Positions 19,258 through 29,200 of a stretch of DNA of 64,000 nt are shown here, in pieces (the first letter of the stretch is position 1; each line of letters opens with the position of its first letter). The stretch comes from a virus (Duplodnaviria > Caudoviricetes): the IMG/VR virus record IMGVR_UViG_2599185359_000001, positions 32,001 through 96,000 of that record; one strand, written 5' to 3'. Below the pieces are notes generated by a model, which saw nothing but the letters and a program-made list of their open reading frames with translations, was not told where the DNA came from and did not search any database. The position numbers and the translations under genes were made by a program.

Positions 19258-20309
19258 TCAGCTCCGACCATGCGGGCTTCGCGCAGCACATCCAGCGCAT
19301 CGACGGCGATCCGCTTCTTGGACAGCTTGCCGGCGTCCAGGTGCTTTGCGACGTAGGAGGCGACGGACACCTCGAGTGTGACATTCTTCGTGCCAGTCGA
19401 CTGTCCACGCGTGACTTCGCGCTTCTTGGAGCTGTGATCCACCCAGGCGAGCGCTCCAGCCTGCTTCAGCGCTTCGCGAGCGCTGGTGAGGGTGTCAGCG
19501 TCAGCATCCTTGAGACGAAGGCGCACATAGTTGCCGTTGACCGCGTCGACATCGATCTCGGCGACATCGTCGATATTGACGAACTTCGGCGCCAGGCTTT
19601 CGTGAAACTCGACGCTGGTCGGGTCGACGATGAGGAAGCCGGCGAGGGTGCCGGGATCGCTCCAGGTCTGATGCGTCGTTGCACCGATCGAATAGACGCC
19701 GGGAGCCGGCTGCTGGTGGTGGTGGTAGTGCCCGATGAATACGCGGCGATAGCCCCACGCCTTCACCTCGGCCGGGTCGAGCCCGTGGTCGGGCAGGCCT
19801 TTGATGACGCCGTTCAGCGGCGCGTGAATGATGAGATCGCGCTCCGGGTCGGCACTGGCCTTGCAGACCTCCCGGAGCTCGTTCAGGTCCTCGATCCAGG
19901 GGACCATCATCACCTGCTCATCGTCGGCGGTGTCGATCAGGGTGGAGTTGGTGACCGCGGTGAAGCCGTCGAGCTCGTCGAGCGCCTGCATGGCGTTGCC
20001 GAGCGCCGAGGCGTGCTTCCCCTTGAGATCGTGGTTGCCCGCGAGCGCCCAAACGGACACGCCCTTAGCGATGATCCGCTTGAAGCAGGCGATGACGGGG
20101 TTCTGGACCTCGGGGTCGATCTTGCCGCGGACGTGGTAAAGATCGCCGCCGAGGAACAGATCCTTGCCTCCGGCCGCCAGCACCGCGTCAGCGCTACGCT
20201 CGAGTTCGCCCAGGATGATTGCCAGGCGGGTGTTCACGCCGTCCGCGTTGGTGGTAGCGAAAGCGGACCATTCGTGCGCGTGCTGGTCGCTGCTGAGGCC
20301 GTAGGGCAT
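19254..20309 (-). CDS. SbcD/Mre11-like metallophosphoesterase nuclease
   Basis: SDQH, GGDLYH, GNHD and GHYH motifs. Confidence 0.92.
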   Translation of the reverse strand: MPYGLSSDQHAHEWSAFATTNADGVNTRLAIILGELERSADAVLAAGGKDLFLGGDLYHVRGKIDPEVQNPVIACFKRIIAKGVSVWALAGNHDLKGKHASALGNAMQALDELDGFTAVTNSTLIDTADDEQVMMVPWIEDLNELREVCKASADPERDLIIHAPLNGVIKGLPDHGLDPAEVKAWGYRRVFIGHYHHHQQPAPGVYSIGATTHQTWSDPGTLAGFLIVDPTSVEFHESLAPKFVNIDDVAEIDVDAVNGNYVRLRLKDADADTLTSAREALKQAGALAWVDHSSKKREVTRGQSTGTKNVTLEVSVASYVAKHLDAGKLSKKRIAVDALDVLREARMVGAE

Positions 20310-20321
20310 AGGATCCGATCC

Positions 20322-20825
20322 TTAATTCGCGAGAGTGTCGAGTGCGGCTTCGGCGCCTTCCACAGCGGCCAGCGCATCGGTGGCGTCGTTACGCGCGATG
20401 TAGGAGGCGTGCTTCAGCTGCTCCGCTGCCGCGCGGAGGCAGTCGGTGACCGAGGTATTGCCGCGCATGGCAAAGCCATCTGCCTCTCCGTTCAGGGCCG
20501 CAGCGCGGGCGTCCATTTCCTGCGCGAAATCGAACATGGCCTCGACGCTTTCCTCGGTTTCGTCGATCAAGCCCTCGAGCTCGGCGGCGGCTGCCTCATT
20601 CTGCTCGGCGGCCCAGGCGGCTTCCTTTGCCACAGCCTCTTCACGTTCCTGCTGAGCCTGCCGTTCCTTGATCGCAACGGCGAGAGCGGCGGCCATCGGA
20701 TGGCCGCTAGTCCGAACGAACTCGTTCGCCTGGTCGGCCGGCGTCGCGGCGGTCTTCGCTTCATCGTGGATGGCGCGGCACGCGCGTTCGGCGCGGGCGA
20801 AGCTCGAATGGTAGTTCATGGGCAA
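20322..20825 (-). CDS. hypothetical coiled-coil protein
   Basis: 167-aa Ala/Glu-rich ORF. Confidence 0.6.
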   Translation of the reverse strand: MPMNYHSSFARAERACRAIHDEAKTAATPADQANEFVRTSGHPMAAALAVAIKERQAQQEREEAVAKEAAWAAEQNEAAAAELEGLIDETEESVEAMFDFAQEMDARAAALNGEADGFAMRGNTSVTDCLRAAAEQLKHASYIARNDATDALAAVEGAEAALDTLAN

Positions 20826-20828
20826 TCC

Positions 20829-21068
20829 TTACTGCTGGGCGGCCGACTGGCGTTCGCGACGGGCGATCTCCCGCGCGTCGCTATGCGGGTCGAGTGTGTG
20901 TCGGTTGGCACGCGACATGCGACCGAAGGCACCGGCGGGGACGCGTGCGAGCGACTTTTGCAGGCGCGTGGGTGCCGCGAACTGCTCGTTGAGCTTCTTG
21001 CCGGCGAGCTTCGCCTTGTGCGCCTCGAGGCGCTCGGCTTTGGTGGCGTTGTGCGGGAGGCGAGCCAT
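20829..21068 (-). CDS. hypothetical protein
   Basis: Start MARLPHNA, coupled by TGATG overlap. Confidence 0.5.
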   Translation of the reverse strand: MARLPHNATKAERLEAHKAKLAGKKLNEQFAAPTRLQKSLARVPAGAFGRMSRANRHTLDPHSDAREIARRERQSAAQQ

Positions 21069-21184
21069 CAGCGGCAGGCCTCCACGGTCTTGGCGATCGT
21101 GAGCGCGATCAGCCCCCAGATCCCCAGATTGAAGAGCGCCGCGACCGTAATCCACTGGCGCACACTCAGAACGTCGATATTCAT
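21068..21184 (-). CDS. small membrane peptide (38 aa)
   Basis: Read manually (MNIDVLSVRQW...); AAAGG RBS. Confidence 0.45.
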   Translation of the reverse strand: MNIDVLSVRQWITVAALFNLGIWGLIALTIAKTVEACR

Positions 21185-21211
21185 TGCTGACCTTTCGTCG
21201 GTGTGTGTTGT

Positions 21212-21625
21212 TTAACACTCGACCTTGTTAGCGGTGCGTTTGCGCTTGCGCAAGCTGGGACCAAGAAATTTATTCGTGTAGCGCGTATACGGAAGCACCC
21301 GGTGCGCGCGGCCGCGATAGTCGGCCTTCGTGCGGTAAAGCTCGGCGTCATCGAAGTCATCGATCGGCGTCAGAAAGATCCGGCGCTGCTCCTCGACGAC
21401 GACCATCACAACGGAGACGTTGTGCTGTGGCGCGCGGCGGAGCAGCTCTCGATCAACGCCGATGCCTGCTTCGCCTCTCTCGATCGCTTCGGCGATTGAC
21501 TTCGACCGGCCGCGCCAGATGTCACGCCCCTTCTGCTCCACGATCAGGAAGCGCGTCCCGCTGGGCGTCTCCATGATCTTGCCCTGCACCCTGGGCGCCA
21601 CTTTCAGCAGCCCGATCCGCTTCAT
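21212..21625 (-). CDS. hypothetical protein
   Basis: Globular-looking ORF; start uncertain. Confidence 0.6.
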   Translation of the reverse strand: MKRIGLLKVAPRVQGKIMETPSGTRFLIVEQKGRDIWRGRSKSIAEAIERGEAGIGVDRELLRRAPQHNVSVVMVVVEEQRRIFLTPIDDFDDAELYRTKADYRGRAHRVLPYTRYTNKFLGPSLRKRKRTANKVEC

Positions 21626-22133
21626 GCCCTGCGAGATAGGTCTCAGCATCTTCGACAGAGAGGCGTTGAAGGTAAATGGCGGTAATGCGGGTTTTTTCGT
21701 TGATGATGCGGGGGCCATAGTTCTGTCTCTGCCATTGCAGGAGCGCGCGCGCCGCTTCGTAGCTGGGCTTCTCCTGCATGAGGTGGTTCATGGATGCGTG
21801 CACGGCGAGGATCTCGGCGATCGGGCCGGCGAAGAGAGCCTTGACGCGGCTGTAGCCGAACACCGTTTGCTTTTTGGCGTCGTAGAGGGCGATGACCTGG
21901 TCAATGCGCAGGCGCTGGGTCCACGCGACGCCCACGCGCACGGTGTTGGCGAACCGATTGAGGCCGGTCTCGTCCTGGAAGGGGATGGCGGGCACGAATA
22001 TCGCGCAAGCCGTGCGGCGCTGCAGTTGGCACACGTCGTTGACCGCGCAGTGGTCGCACGGGAGCTTGCCGGCGCCGGACGTATAGGTATCGTCGGGGCG
22101 ACGCTTCAGCTGTCGTGTGTCCGTGTCGATCAA
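21522..22133 (-). CDS. hypothetical protein with N-terminal Cys cluster and ASCH-like domain
   Basis: C..C....C......C motif followed by ANTVRVGVAW. Confidence 0.6.
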   Translation of the reverse strand: MIDTDTRQLKRRPDDTYTSGAGKLPCDHCAVNDVCQLQRRTACAIFVPAIPFQDETGLNRFANTVRVGVAWTQRLRIDQVIALYDAKKQTVFGYSRVKALFAGPIAEILAVHASMNHLMQEKPSYEAARALLQWQRQNYGPRIINEKTRITAIYLQRLSVEDAETYLAGHEADRAAESGAQGAGQDHGDAQRDALPDRGAEGA

Positions 22134-22146
22134 GTATCATCTCCAT

Positions 22147-22186
22147 AAAAGAGCGCTCGCAAAGTGGTTAGACCTTGCGAGCGCTC
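22147..22186 (-). terminator. putative terminator hairpin
   Basis: GAGCGCTCGCAA/TTGCGAGCGCTC inverted repeat with TTTT on the minus strand. Confidence 0.55.
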
Positions 22187-22209
22187 GCTTCTACTTGGCT
22201 TGTGGTGGC

Positions 22210-22410
22210 TTACGCTGCTGCGTTCCAGCCGTTCACTACGTTGCGCTCCTCCGGGGCCAGCGACGCTCCCCACCCGGAGAAAATGAACTGCGGGTCGTCG
22301 CCGGTGATTTCACGAAATGCCTTCGCGACCGCGGCACGCATAGGAGCGTCCGAGCCCGGCGGAAGCTTCGACGCATCAACTTCCCCGATCTTGCAGCCCC
22401 AGACCTTCAT
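22210..22410 (-). CDS. small conserved phage protein
   Basis: 66 aa, coupled to recA by ATGA overlap. Confidence 0.65.
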   Translation of the reverse strand: MKVWGCKIGEVDASKLPPGSDAPMRAAVAKAFREITGDDPQFIFSGWGASLAPEERNVVNGWNAAA

Positions 22411-23447
22411 GCTGCCGCGTCCTGCGCTTCGGCGATGTCGATCAGGATATCAAGGTTGGCCGGGTCCTCGTTCAGATGCTCGATGAAGGCCGCCTTGCCC
22501 TGGATCCGCTTGCTCTGCCAGGTGAACCAGGCGCCGCCCTGAATACCGAGCTCCGTCAGGTGTTCGGCGCCGATGTGGTCGATCATGGAGTCCATGACGT
22601 CGATGTAGCCGGTGCCATCCTTGCGCCACTTGAACTCCCAGCTGGTCTTCTGGAACGGCTGGTAAGTCTTGTTCTTGATGGACTCGGCCTTGATCTTTTG
22701 CGCGATGACCTCCTTGGTCTTCTTGTCGCGCTCCATCTCCCGGCCGAGGAACAGACGCAGCGATGCGTAGTAGGGCAGGGCCTCGCCGCCCACCGTGTAC
22801 CGCGGATCGCCATAAGCGACGCCCGGCTTCATGCGCAGCTGATTGAGGAAGATCGCGAGGACGTTGTTCTCGGTCACGAACTGGTTGAACGCCGGGAGCT
22901 CCTGACTGGCCGCCATCGCGAGCGCCAGATTGTCCTTCATGTTCTGCCCATCGCCCTCCTTCTTGTCGCGTGCGAGCTTGGCGGCCGGCACCATGCTTGC
23001 GAAAGAGTCGAACACCATCACGAGCGGCGCTTCGAACGGGATGATGTCGGCCTTGCGGATCGTCTCCATCCAATCGATCGACTGGTCGAGCGAAGCCTCG
23101 AAGGAGCGGGGGCGCTTGTAGTTCCAGATCCCCGGCGTGTCGTCGAGCCCAAGCCCCTTGGCGAGGTTGAGCATGAACGAACCTTCGTGATCTTTGAACC
23201 CTGCGGCGCCACCAGCCTTTTGAGCCTGCGCCATCACCGCGGTCGCCAGCTGCGTCTTACCGGCGCTCGGCGGCCCTGCGATCTCGACGATGCGACCGGT
23301 CTTGATGCCGCCGCCGCGATACTTGCCAGATAATGCGCGATCGAGGTTGGGGACGCCGGTGGAGAGGAACAGGTCGTGGTCGGAAACTTCATCCGACGTC
23401 ACGCCGCCCTTGTCGAGAGCTCCAGCCAACTTTGCTGCGATACTCAT
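22407..23447 (-). CDS. recA: RecA/UvsX-like recombinase
   Basis: LSTG...LD.AL, GRIVEIAGPPSAGKT, FLNQLRMKPGV.YGDP and GGEAL.YYAS motifs. Confidence 0.95.
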   Translation of the reverse strand: MSIAAKLAGALDKGGVTSDEVSDHDLFLSTGVPNLDRALSGKYRGGGIKTGRIVEIAGPPSAGKTQLATAVMAQAQKAGGAAGFKDHEGSFMLNLAKGLGLDDTPGIWNYKRPRSFEASLDQSIDWMETIRKADIIPFEAPLVMVFDSFASMVPAAKLARDKKEGDGQNMKDNLALAMAASQELPAFNQFVTENNVLAIFLNQLRMKPGVAYGDPRYTVGGEALPYYASLRLFLGREMERDKKTKEVIAQKIKAESIKNKTYQPFQKTSWEFKWRKDGTGYIDVMDSMIDHIGAEHLTELGIQGGAWFTWQSKRIQGKAAFIEHLNEDPANLDILIDIAEAQDAAA

Positions 23448-24430
23448 TACTTTCCGAACTCCTGTTCAAGCTGAATAAACGGGGAAATGAACTCGTCCAT
23501 CTTCGAGAGCATGGACGTGAAGCCGAACTCGGCGCAGAACTTCTCGAAGGCTGCGCGGTCGACCTTGGCTTTGGTGCCGCGAATGTTGGTCGGGGCGGGG
23601 ATATCCGGGTGACCCAGATCCATCATCTTCAGCGCGAACTCGAACCGGGCCTGAAGCTCGGTGTCATCGCGCAGCTTCTGGAACTTGGCCGGGAGCAGCT
23701 GCGGGTCGCCTTTCTTTGCCTTCGGCACAGTCTTGCCTGCTGCCAGCCACTTAGCGACGGCATCTTCTTGGCTGAGCCGCATAAAGCTGTGCACGCAGTC
23801 GAACACCGAGAGGAGCTCCACCGCGCCCGCGTGACCGATGCCGGTGCGAGGCTTGACGTTGTCGCCGGTGTCGCCCTGCAGCGCCTTGGCGTGAATGAAC
23901 GCTTTTTGTGAGGCGAACTCGGTGAACTCGTGGAAGTTGGTCACCGTGACCTTGCGGTCGATCTTGTGATCGATCCAGGCGACGCCGCGCTCGACGAGCT
24001 GGATCCAGTCCTGGTCGCCGGTGATTAGCGTCACCTGATCGCCGCGGGCCAACGCCTTGCGCGTCAGGATCGCCGCCATGTCGTCGGCTTCCATGTTGCC
24101 GGCGACGAGCTGTGAAATGCCGAGGAGGTGAAGGCCGCGAAACATGTCGCGACGCTGGGCCTTGTAGCGCTCGCGCTCGGCCATCTTCTCGGCGGTGTCG
24201 GTACGAGTGCCCTTGTAGTCGGGGAACTCGCTGTAGCGCCATGAGCGGCCATCCCAGAGGATGATCGGCGTAGCGGCCAGGCGGGTGCGGAGGATCTTCT
24301 GGATCGAGCGCAACATCCCGAAGATGGCGGTCGTCTCGCGTTCGCCTGCGTAGAGCTTGCCCTGCTTGCCGTTGCCGTGCTGCGCGGCGTGACCGACCGA
24401 GTTTCCGTCAATGTAGGTCCGGCGGATCAT
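23447..24430 (-). CDS. 5'-3' exonuclease / RNase H (T4 rnh / PolI N-terminal type)
   Basis: IDGN, YKGTR, EADD, TGDQD and GDTGDN motifs. Confidence 0.9.
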   Translation of the reverse strand: MIRRTYIDGNSVGHAAQHGNGKQGKLYAGERETTAIFGMLRSIQKILRTRLAATPIILWDGRSWRYSEFPDYKGTRTDTAEKMAERERYKAQRRDMFRGLHLLGISQLVAGNMEADDMAAILTRKALARGDQVTLITGDQDWIQLVERGVAWIDHKIDRKVTVTNFHEFTEFASQKAFIHAKALQGDTGDNVKPRTGIGHAGAVELLSVFDCVHSFMRLSQEDAVAKWLAAGKTVPKAKKGDPQLLPAKFQKLRDDTELQARFEFALKMMDLGHPDIPAPTNIRGTKAKVDRAAFEKFCAEFGFTSMLSKMDEFISPFIQLEQEFGK

Positions 24431-24537
24431 GGTATTCCTGTCGGGTAGAGGGTGCGGGGGAGGGCAACGCGCGCTCCCCCGCCTTCAATCGGCGGCCTGG
24501 GCCGCCCGCCTGGAGCCGAAGCCCCAGGCACCTTCCG

Positions 24538-25572
24538 TCATTCGAGGCCGGCGAGGATGTCGTCGATGTCGTCCGAGTCCGCGGCGGCCGGTGCCGGCTT
24601 GGCGGCGGGCTTCGAGGCCGGCTTGGCGGCGGGCTTCGCCGGTTCCGGCTCGGCTTCGGGCTCTTCGTCGACGACCGACGCGATCGCGGCGTCGAGATCG
24701 GCATCTTCGAAGTCGGCGTCCTCGACTGCCGGCGCTTCTTCCTCGTCCTCGTCGAGCACTTCGGTCACCGCCGCGGCGTTGGTCTTGCTCGCGGCAGCGG
24801 TGCCGCCCGCGTTGGTCAGGCGAGCCTGCGACGTCGACGACGCGCTCGTGATCGCTGCGGCAACGGTGATGCCCGCCGCGCCATTGATCTTGCCGAGGAA
24901 CTCGAGCGCCTTGCCTTCGAGATTTTCGAACTGCGAGGCGATCCAGGCGTCGAGGTCGATCGCCTTCTCGAGGATCTTCGGCGTGAGCTTCGCCTTCTTC
25001 GGGGTCACCGTGAACTGGTACTTGGTGTCCATGCCCGAGCCCGATTTCTCGCACTTGAAGACGTGGCCGTTGTCGAGGCTGGCGATGTCGTAGTCAGGGT
25101 CTTCGTCGGTCCACGCCTCGAACTGCGACAGAATGCCGTCGAACGCACCTTCGCTGACCTCGATCAGCACCGGCTCGTTCGGCGCCTGATCCTTGTCGTC
25201 GAGGATGAGGGCGCAGAAGATCTCGCGCGGGCTGGCGAGCATCTTGCGGTAGTGCTCCTTCGTTTCCGCGTCCGGCGCCTGGCGCATGGCGTCGAAGAGC
25301 ATCTCCTTGATCGGGTCACGCTCGCCATAGGTGATGTCGCGGTCACCGATGCCGAAGAAGCTCTGGCCGTCGAACGACTTGAGGTAGGTCTTGCCATACT
25401 TGCGCGAGAAGTCGCCCGAGACGGTCGGCGTGCCCGAGGTGTCCGGCGCCGGCAGAATGCGGAACTTGGTCTCGCCGTTCTTGAACTTGTAGGGGCGGAG
25501 ACCCTTGCTGCGGTTGGCTGCGATCGCCTGCCGCTTCTGCTGGATCCGCTCGCGTGCGGTGAGTGCGCCCAT
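24538..25572 (-). CDS. single-stranded DNA-binding protein (gp32-like)
   Basis: FRILP motif, acidic tail DDIDDILAGLE, adjacent to recA and dnaE. Confidence 0.65.
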   Translation of the reverse strand: MGALTARERIQQKRQAIAANRSKGLRPYKFKNGETKFRILPAPDTSGTPTVSGDFSRKYGKTYLKSFDGQSFFGIGDRDITYGERDPIKEMLFDAMRQAPDAETKEHYRKMLASPREIFCALILDDKDQAPNEPVLIEVSEGAFDGILSQFEAWTDEDPDYDIASLDNGHVFKCEKSGSGMDTKYQFTVTPKKAKLTPKILEKAIDLDAWIASQFENLEGKALEFLGKINGAAGITVAAAITSASSTSQARLTNAGGTAAASKTNAAAVTEVLDEDEEEAPAVEDADFEDADLDAAIASVVDEEPEAEPEPAKPAAKPASKPAAKPAPAAADSDDIDDILAGLE

Positions 25573-25662
25573 AATTCCTAATGCTCCTGTGTTCACTTCG
25601 AATAGAGTGTGTGTCGTTCATAACTCGCGCGAGACACACCTGTCGCGCGGCTTCGTGGTGGG

Positions 25663-26214
25663 TTATTCGGTTGCGTCAGCCTCCTGTCGCATGGGCCGCG
25701 CCCGGTTGTTGCGTTGAGAACGGCGCTGGTCGTAGCTGGAGGCTGCTTCGCGTGCGTTCTGGATTACGAGATTGGATTTCAGCTGCGCCTGGGTCAGGAT
25801 GCCCAGGGACTTCAGCATCTCCTCGCGCGTCTTGAACGCGTAATAGGCGACCTTGCAGATGGCTTCGATCTCGTCGGCGTCCATCTTCTTGATCTGCCAC
25901 TCGCGTGAGGACTTATCGAGCGCGACGGCGGCGGCCACCATGTCTGCGGTCACCCGCTCGGGCTTGGTGTTGGTCTGGGAGGCCTCCTCCTCGGCGGCCT
26001 CGCGCAGCTTGGCGCGGTGGGTCGTCGTGAGCTTGGCCTCGATCGCCTTCAGGGTGAGCGCTACCTTAGCCGCCTGCTTCTTGGCTCGGGAGTGCTGGAT
26101 ACCGTACCAGGCGGCGCGAGCGGTCTGGGTTCGCATCGCCTCGGAGATGTCGCCGATCTCGGCGTCGATCTCCTTGACGAACTCATCCACGTCGATGAAA
26201 TCTTCAAGCGTCAT
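25663..26214 (-). CDS. UvsY-like helical recombination mediator (putative)
   Basis: All-helical; AFKTREEML pattern; gene context. Confidence 0.5.
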   Translation of the reverse strand: MTLEDFIDVDEFVKEIDAEIGDISEAMRTQTARAAWYGIQHSRAKKQAAKVALTLKAIEAKLTTTHRAKLREAAEEEASQTNTKPERVTADMVAAAVALDKSSREWQIKKMDADEIEAICKVAYYAFKTREEMLKSLGILTQAQLKSNLVIQNAREAASSYDQRRSQRNNRARPMRQEADATE

Positions 26215-26265
26215 GCTGTTCTTTCGCTGGGTGTGATGTGTGTTGTAACGCACGCGCTCAGAAGG

Positions 26266-29200
26266 TCAACAAGAATTGTCGACCAGAGCGCGCACTTCGG
26301 AGAAAACTTTCGTCAGCGCTTCCCGCTTGCTCGCATCGTGATAGATCTGCGTTGGCTTGAACCCAACGATAACCGTGGCATCGAGCTCGGCCGAGTAGGT
26401 CTTGCGGCCGACATGATCGGCAAGGCCCTTCAGGTCGGGGTAGAATGTCTTGATTGCCTGCGGCCCGAGGAGCACGATGACTGGCGGCTTCATCGCCGCG
26501 ATTTCGCGGTAGAGGTAGGGCAGGGAGTCCGCCACTTCCTTGGCCGGCAGATCCCGCTCGCCCTTCTTCAGCGGCCGGCGAAGCACCCAGGTCCACACGG
26601 CGTCGTCAAGCCGCATACCGGCATCGTGGAGGCTCGGCGCCACATAGTTCACATAGGAGAACTGGTGCTTGAGCTCCTCGTAGTCGTTGAACGGCGCGTC
26701 CAGGATGACCATGAATTTCGGCGCGCGGCCGAGCTCGCATGGCACCGCAGCCTCGCCCAGGTTCGCCATCATATCTTCGACCACCTGCACCACCGTGTCG
26801 GCGACGAGATCGTCGACCGGGATGTCGCGGGTCGCGACGACGCCCTGGTCGCTAATTGCCGGCATCAGCTCGATCTGGTCACGCTGACGGGACGGGTCAG
26901 TCGACTTGGCTTGACCGGGCACGATGCGCGCGAACGCGCCGACGCGATCGAGATGGTCGATGGCCTTGCTGTTCACCGCGCGGCTCGGCACGCGAGCCTT
27001 GAAGTCCTCCATGCTCACAAACCGGCCAGGGCCGAAGGTCTCGGTTGTGGTCACCTTGTTCTTGCGGCGCCCGGTGCTGCTCTCGACGACGACGGGGTTC
27101 GGGTCCGAGCGCGCGGCCATGATTGCACTGGCGCCCTTCTCGGACACGTTCTTCACCGCGGACAGGGGCGCGATGATGATGCAGTCGTTCAGCGGCTCGA
27201 ACTGGCCCGTGGAAATGTTGACGTCGGGCGGGATGACCCGGATTTCGTCCTTGGCCGCCTGCTTCACGATGCTGGCGAGCTTGTCACTGTCCGCGATGCC
27301 CATGCTGGCGGTATAGAACTCGACCAGGTAGTGAGCCTTCAGGTAGGCGGCCTGATACGCGATCAGCGTGTATTCCACGGCGTGGCTGCGATTGAACGCG
27401 TAGCCGGCGAAACCTTCGATGTCCGTGAAAAGGCGATCGGCGTCCGTGTCCGGCATGCCCGAGGTGTCGACGGCGCCCTGCACGAACTTGTCGCGCTGCT
27501 GGGCCATCATCACCGGGTCCTTTTTGCCCATCGCCTTGCGGAGCACGTCGGCTTCGCCAGGCGTGAAGCCGCAGAGGACACGGGCGATCTGCATCACCTG
27601 CTCCTGGTAGGCGATCACACCATAGGTGTCCTCGAGGATGGGCTTGAGGCTCGGCCACGGGTAGCTCACGGCCTCGGTCCCGGCGCGGCGCCGGATGTAT
27701 GCCTCGGTGATGCCCGCATCGAGCGGGCCGGGACGGTTCAGGGCGTTAAGCGCGACGAGATCCTCGAAGCTGAGCGAAGCAGTTTTCGCCATCTCCTTCA
27801 GCAGGCGCCGCACGGACCCGCCCTCGAACTGGAACACGCCGGCGGTCTTCGCGCCCGAGAAAATCGCGAGCGTTGCCTCGTCGTCCAGCGGCAGCTTGTT
27901 GATGTCGACGCGGACGTTCCGGCGCTGGAAGATGAGCTTGAGCGCCTGGTCGAACATGTCGAGCGTGGACAGGCCGAGCACGTCGAGCTTGATGAGCCCC
28001 TGCTCTTCGCTGACGCGCTTGTCCCAGTTGATCACGCGCGCGTCGCCGCGCTTCTCTACCACCGCGCGCTTGGTGAGCGGCTCGCCCGCGACAACGACGC
28101 CGCCGGCGTGCGTGCCATAGGCTCGCATCTTGCCCTCGAGCTTCAGCGCCCGATCCCAGATGTGCGGGAACTGCTCCGCAAACACCTGGATCTCATGCGT
28201 GGTTTCGAACGCGTCCTTCAGCCCGGCCGAAACGCCGTGGGTGTCGCCGATGAACTTCGTGGCGCCCAGCTGGTCCTGCGGGAGGCCATAGATGCGCGCG
28301 ACGTCACGGATCGCACCGCGGGCGCCCATGGTGTTGTAGTTCACGATGCCCGCGACGTTCTCCGCACCATACCGGTCTGCCAGGTAGGCGATCACCTCTT
28401 CGCGGCGCGTGGACATGAAGTCGAGGTCGGCGTCGGGGAGATCGAGACGATCGGGGTTGATGAAGCGCTCGAACAGCAGCTTGAACCGGATCGGGTCCAC
28501 GTCGGTGATGCCGACGAGATAGGCGACCAGGCTGCCGCCCACGGAGCCGCGGCCCGGGCCGACATAAATGCCCTTGCTCTTCGACCAGCGAACGAGATCG
28601 GACACCAGCAGGAAGTACGGCGCAAAGCCGAGGCGCCGAAGCGTGTCGAGCTCGAACTGGAGGCGCGGCAGGTATTCCGCCTTGAGCTCCGCCGGGCTCG
28701 GCTGGTGCGCGAAGATGGGCGCGGTGAAGCGATCGCTCCAGCCTTCCTTGCATAGGCGCTTGAGCTCTTCGTCAGGATCGTTGGCGAGTGACGGCAGCGA
28801 TGGGTCGAGCTTCGCCCATTTGTACTCGGCCAGCTCCACCAGACGCTCGGTGTTCATCAGCCCGCGCTTGAACTCGGCGCCCCAGTTGCGGCCATAGCGG
28901 TCGGCGACCGCGTTGCTGGCGCGCACTGTGGCGGCGGCCAGCTCCTTTACCGTGTGCGGCTGGTACCGCGGGACCGGCTGGAGGTAGTCGCTGTAGGGGC
29001 GACGATCGGCGATGCCCGCGTTGCAGCTATAAGCGTCGTCGTCGTGATCGAGCCAGAACGCCGGCTGCACCACCAGCGGCTCCCACTCGGGCATGGCGCT
29101 GAAACAGCCGTTCAACTTCGCCCAGTCGATCACGCGGTGGTTCTGTCGCGAGAAGTAGGGCGTGTCGCTCGGCACAAGCTCGTAGAAGCGCGCTACGAAG

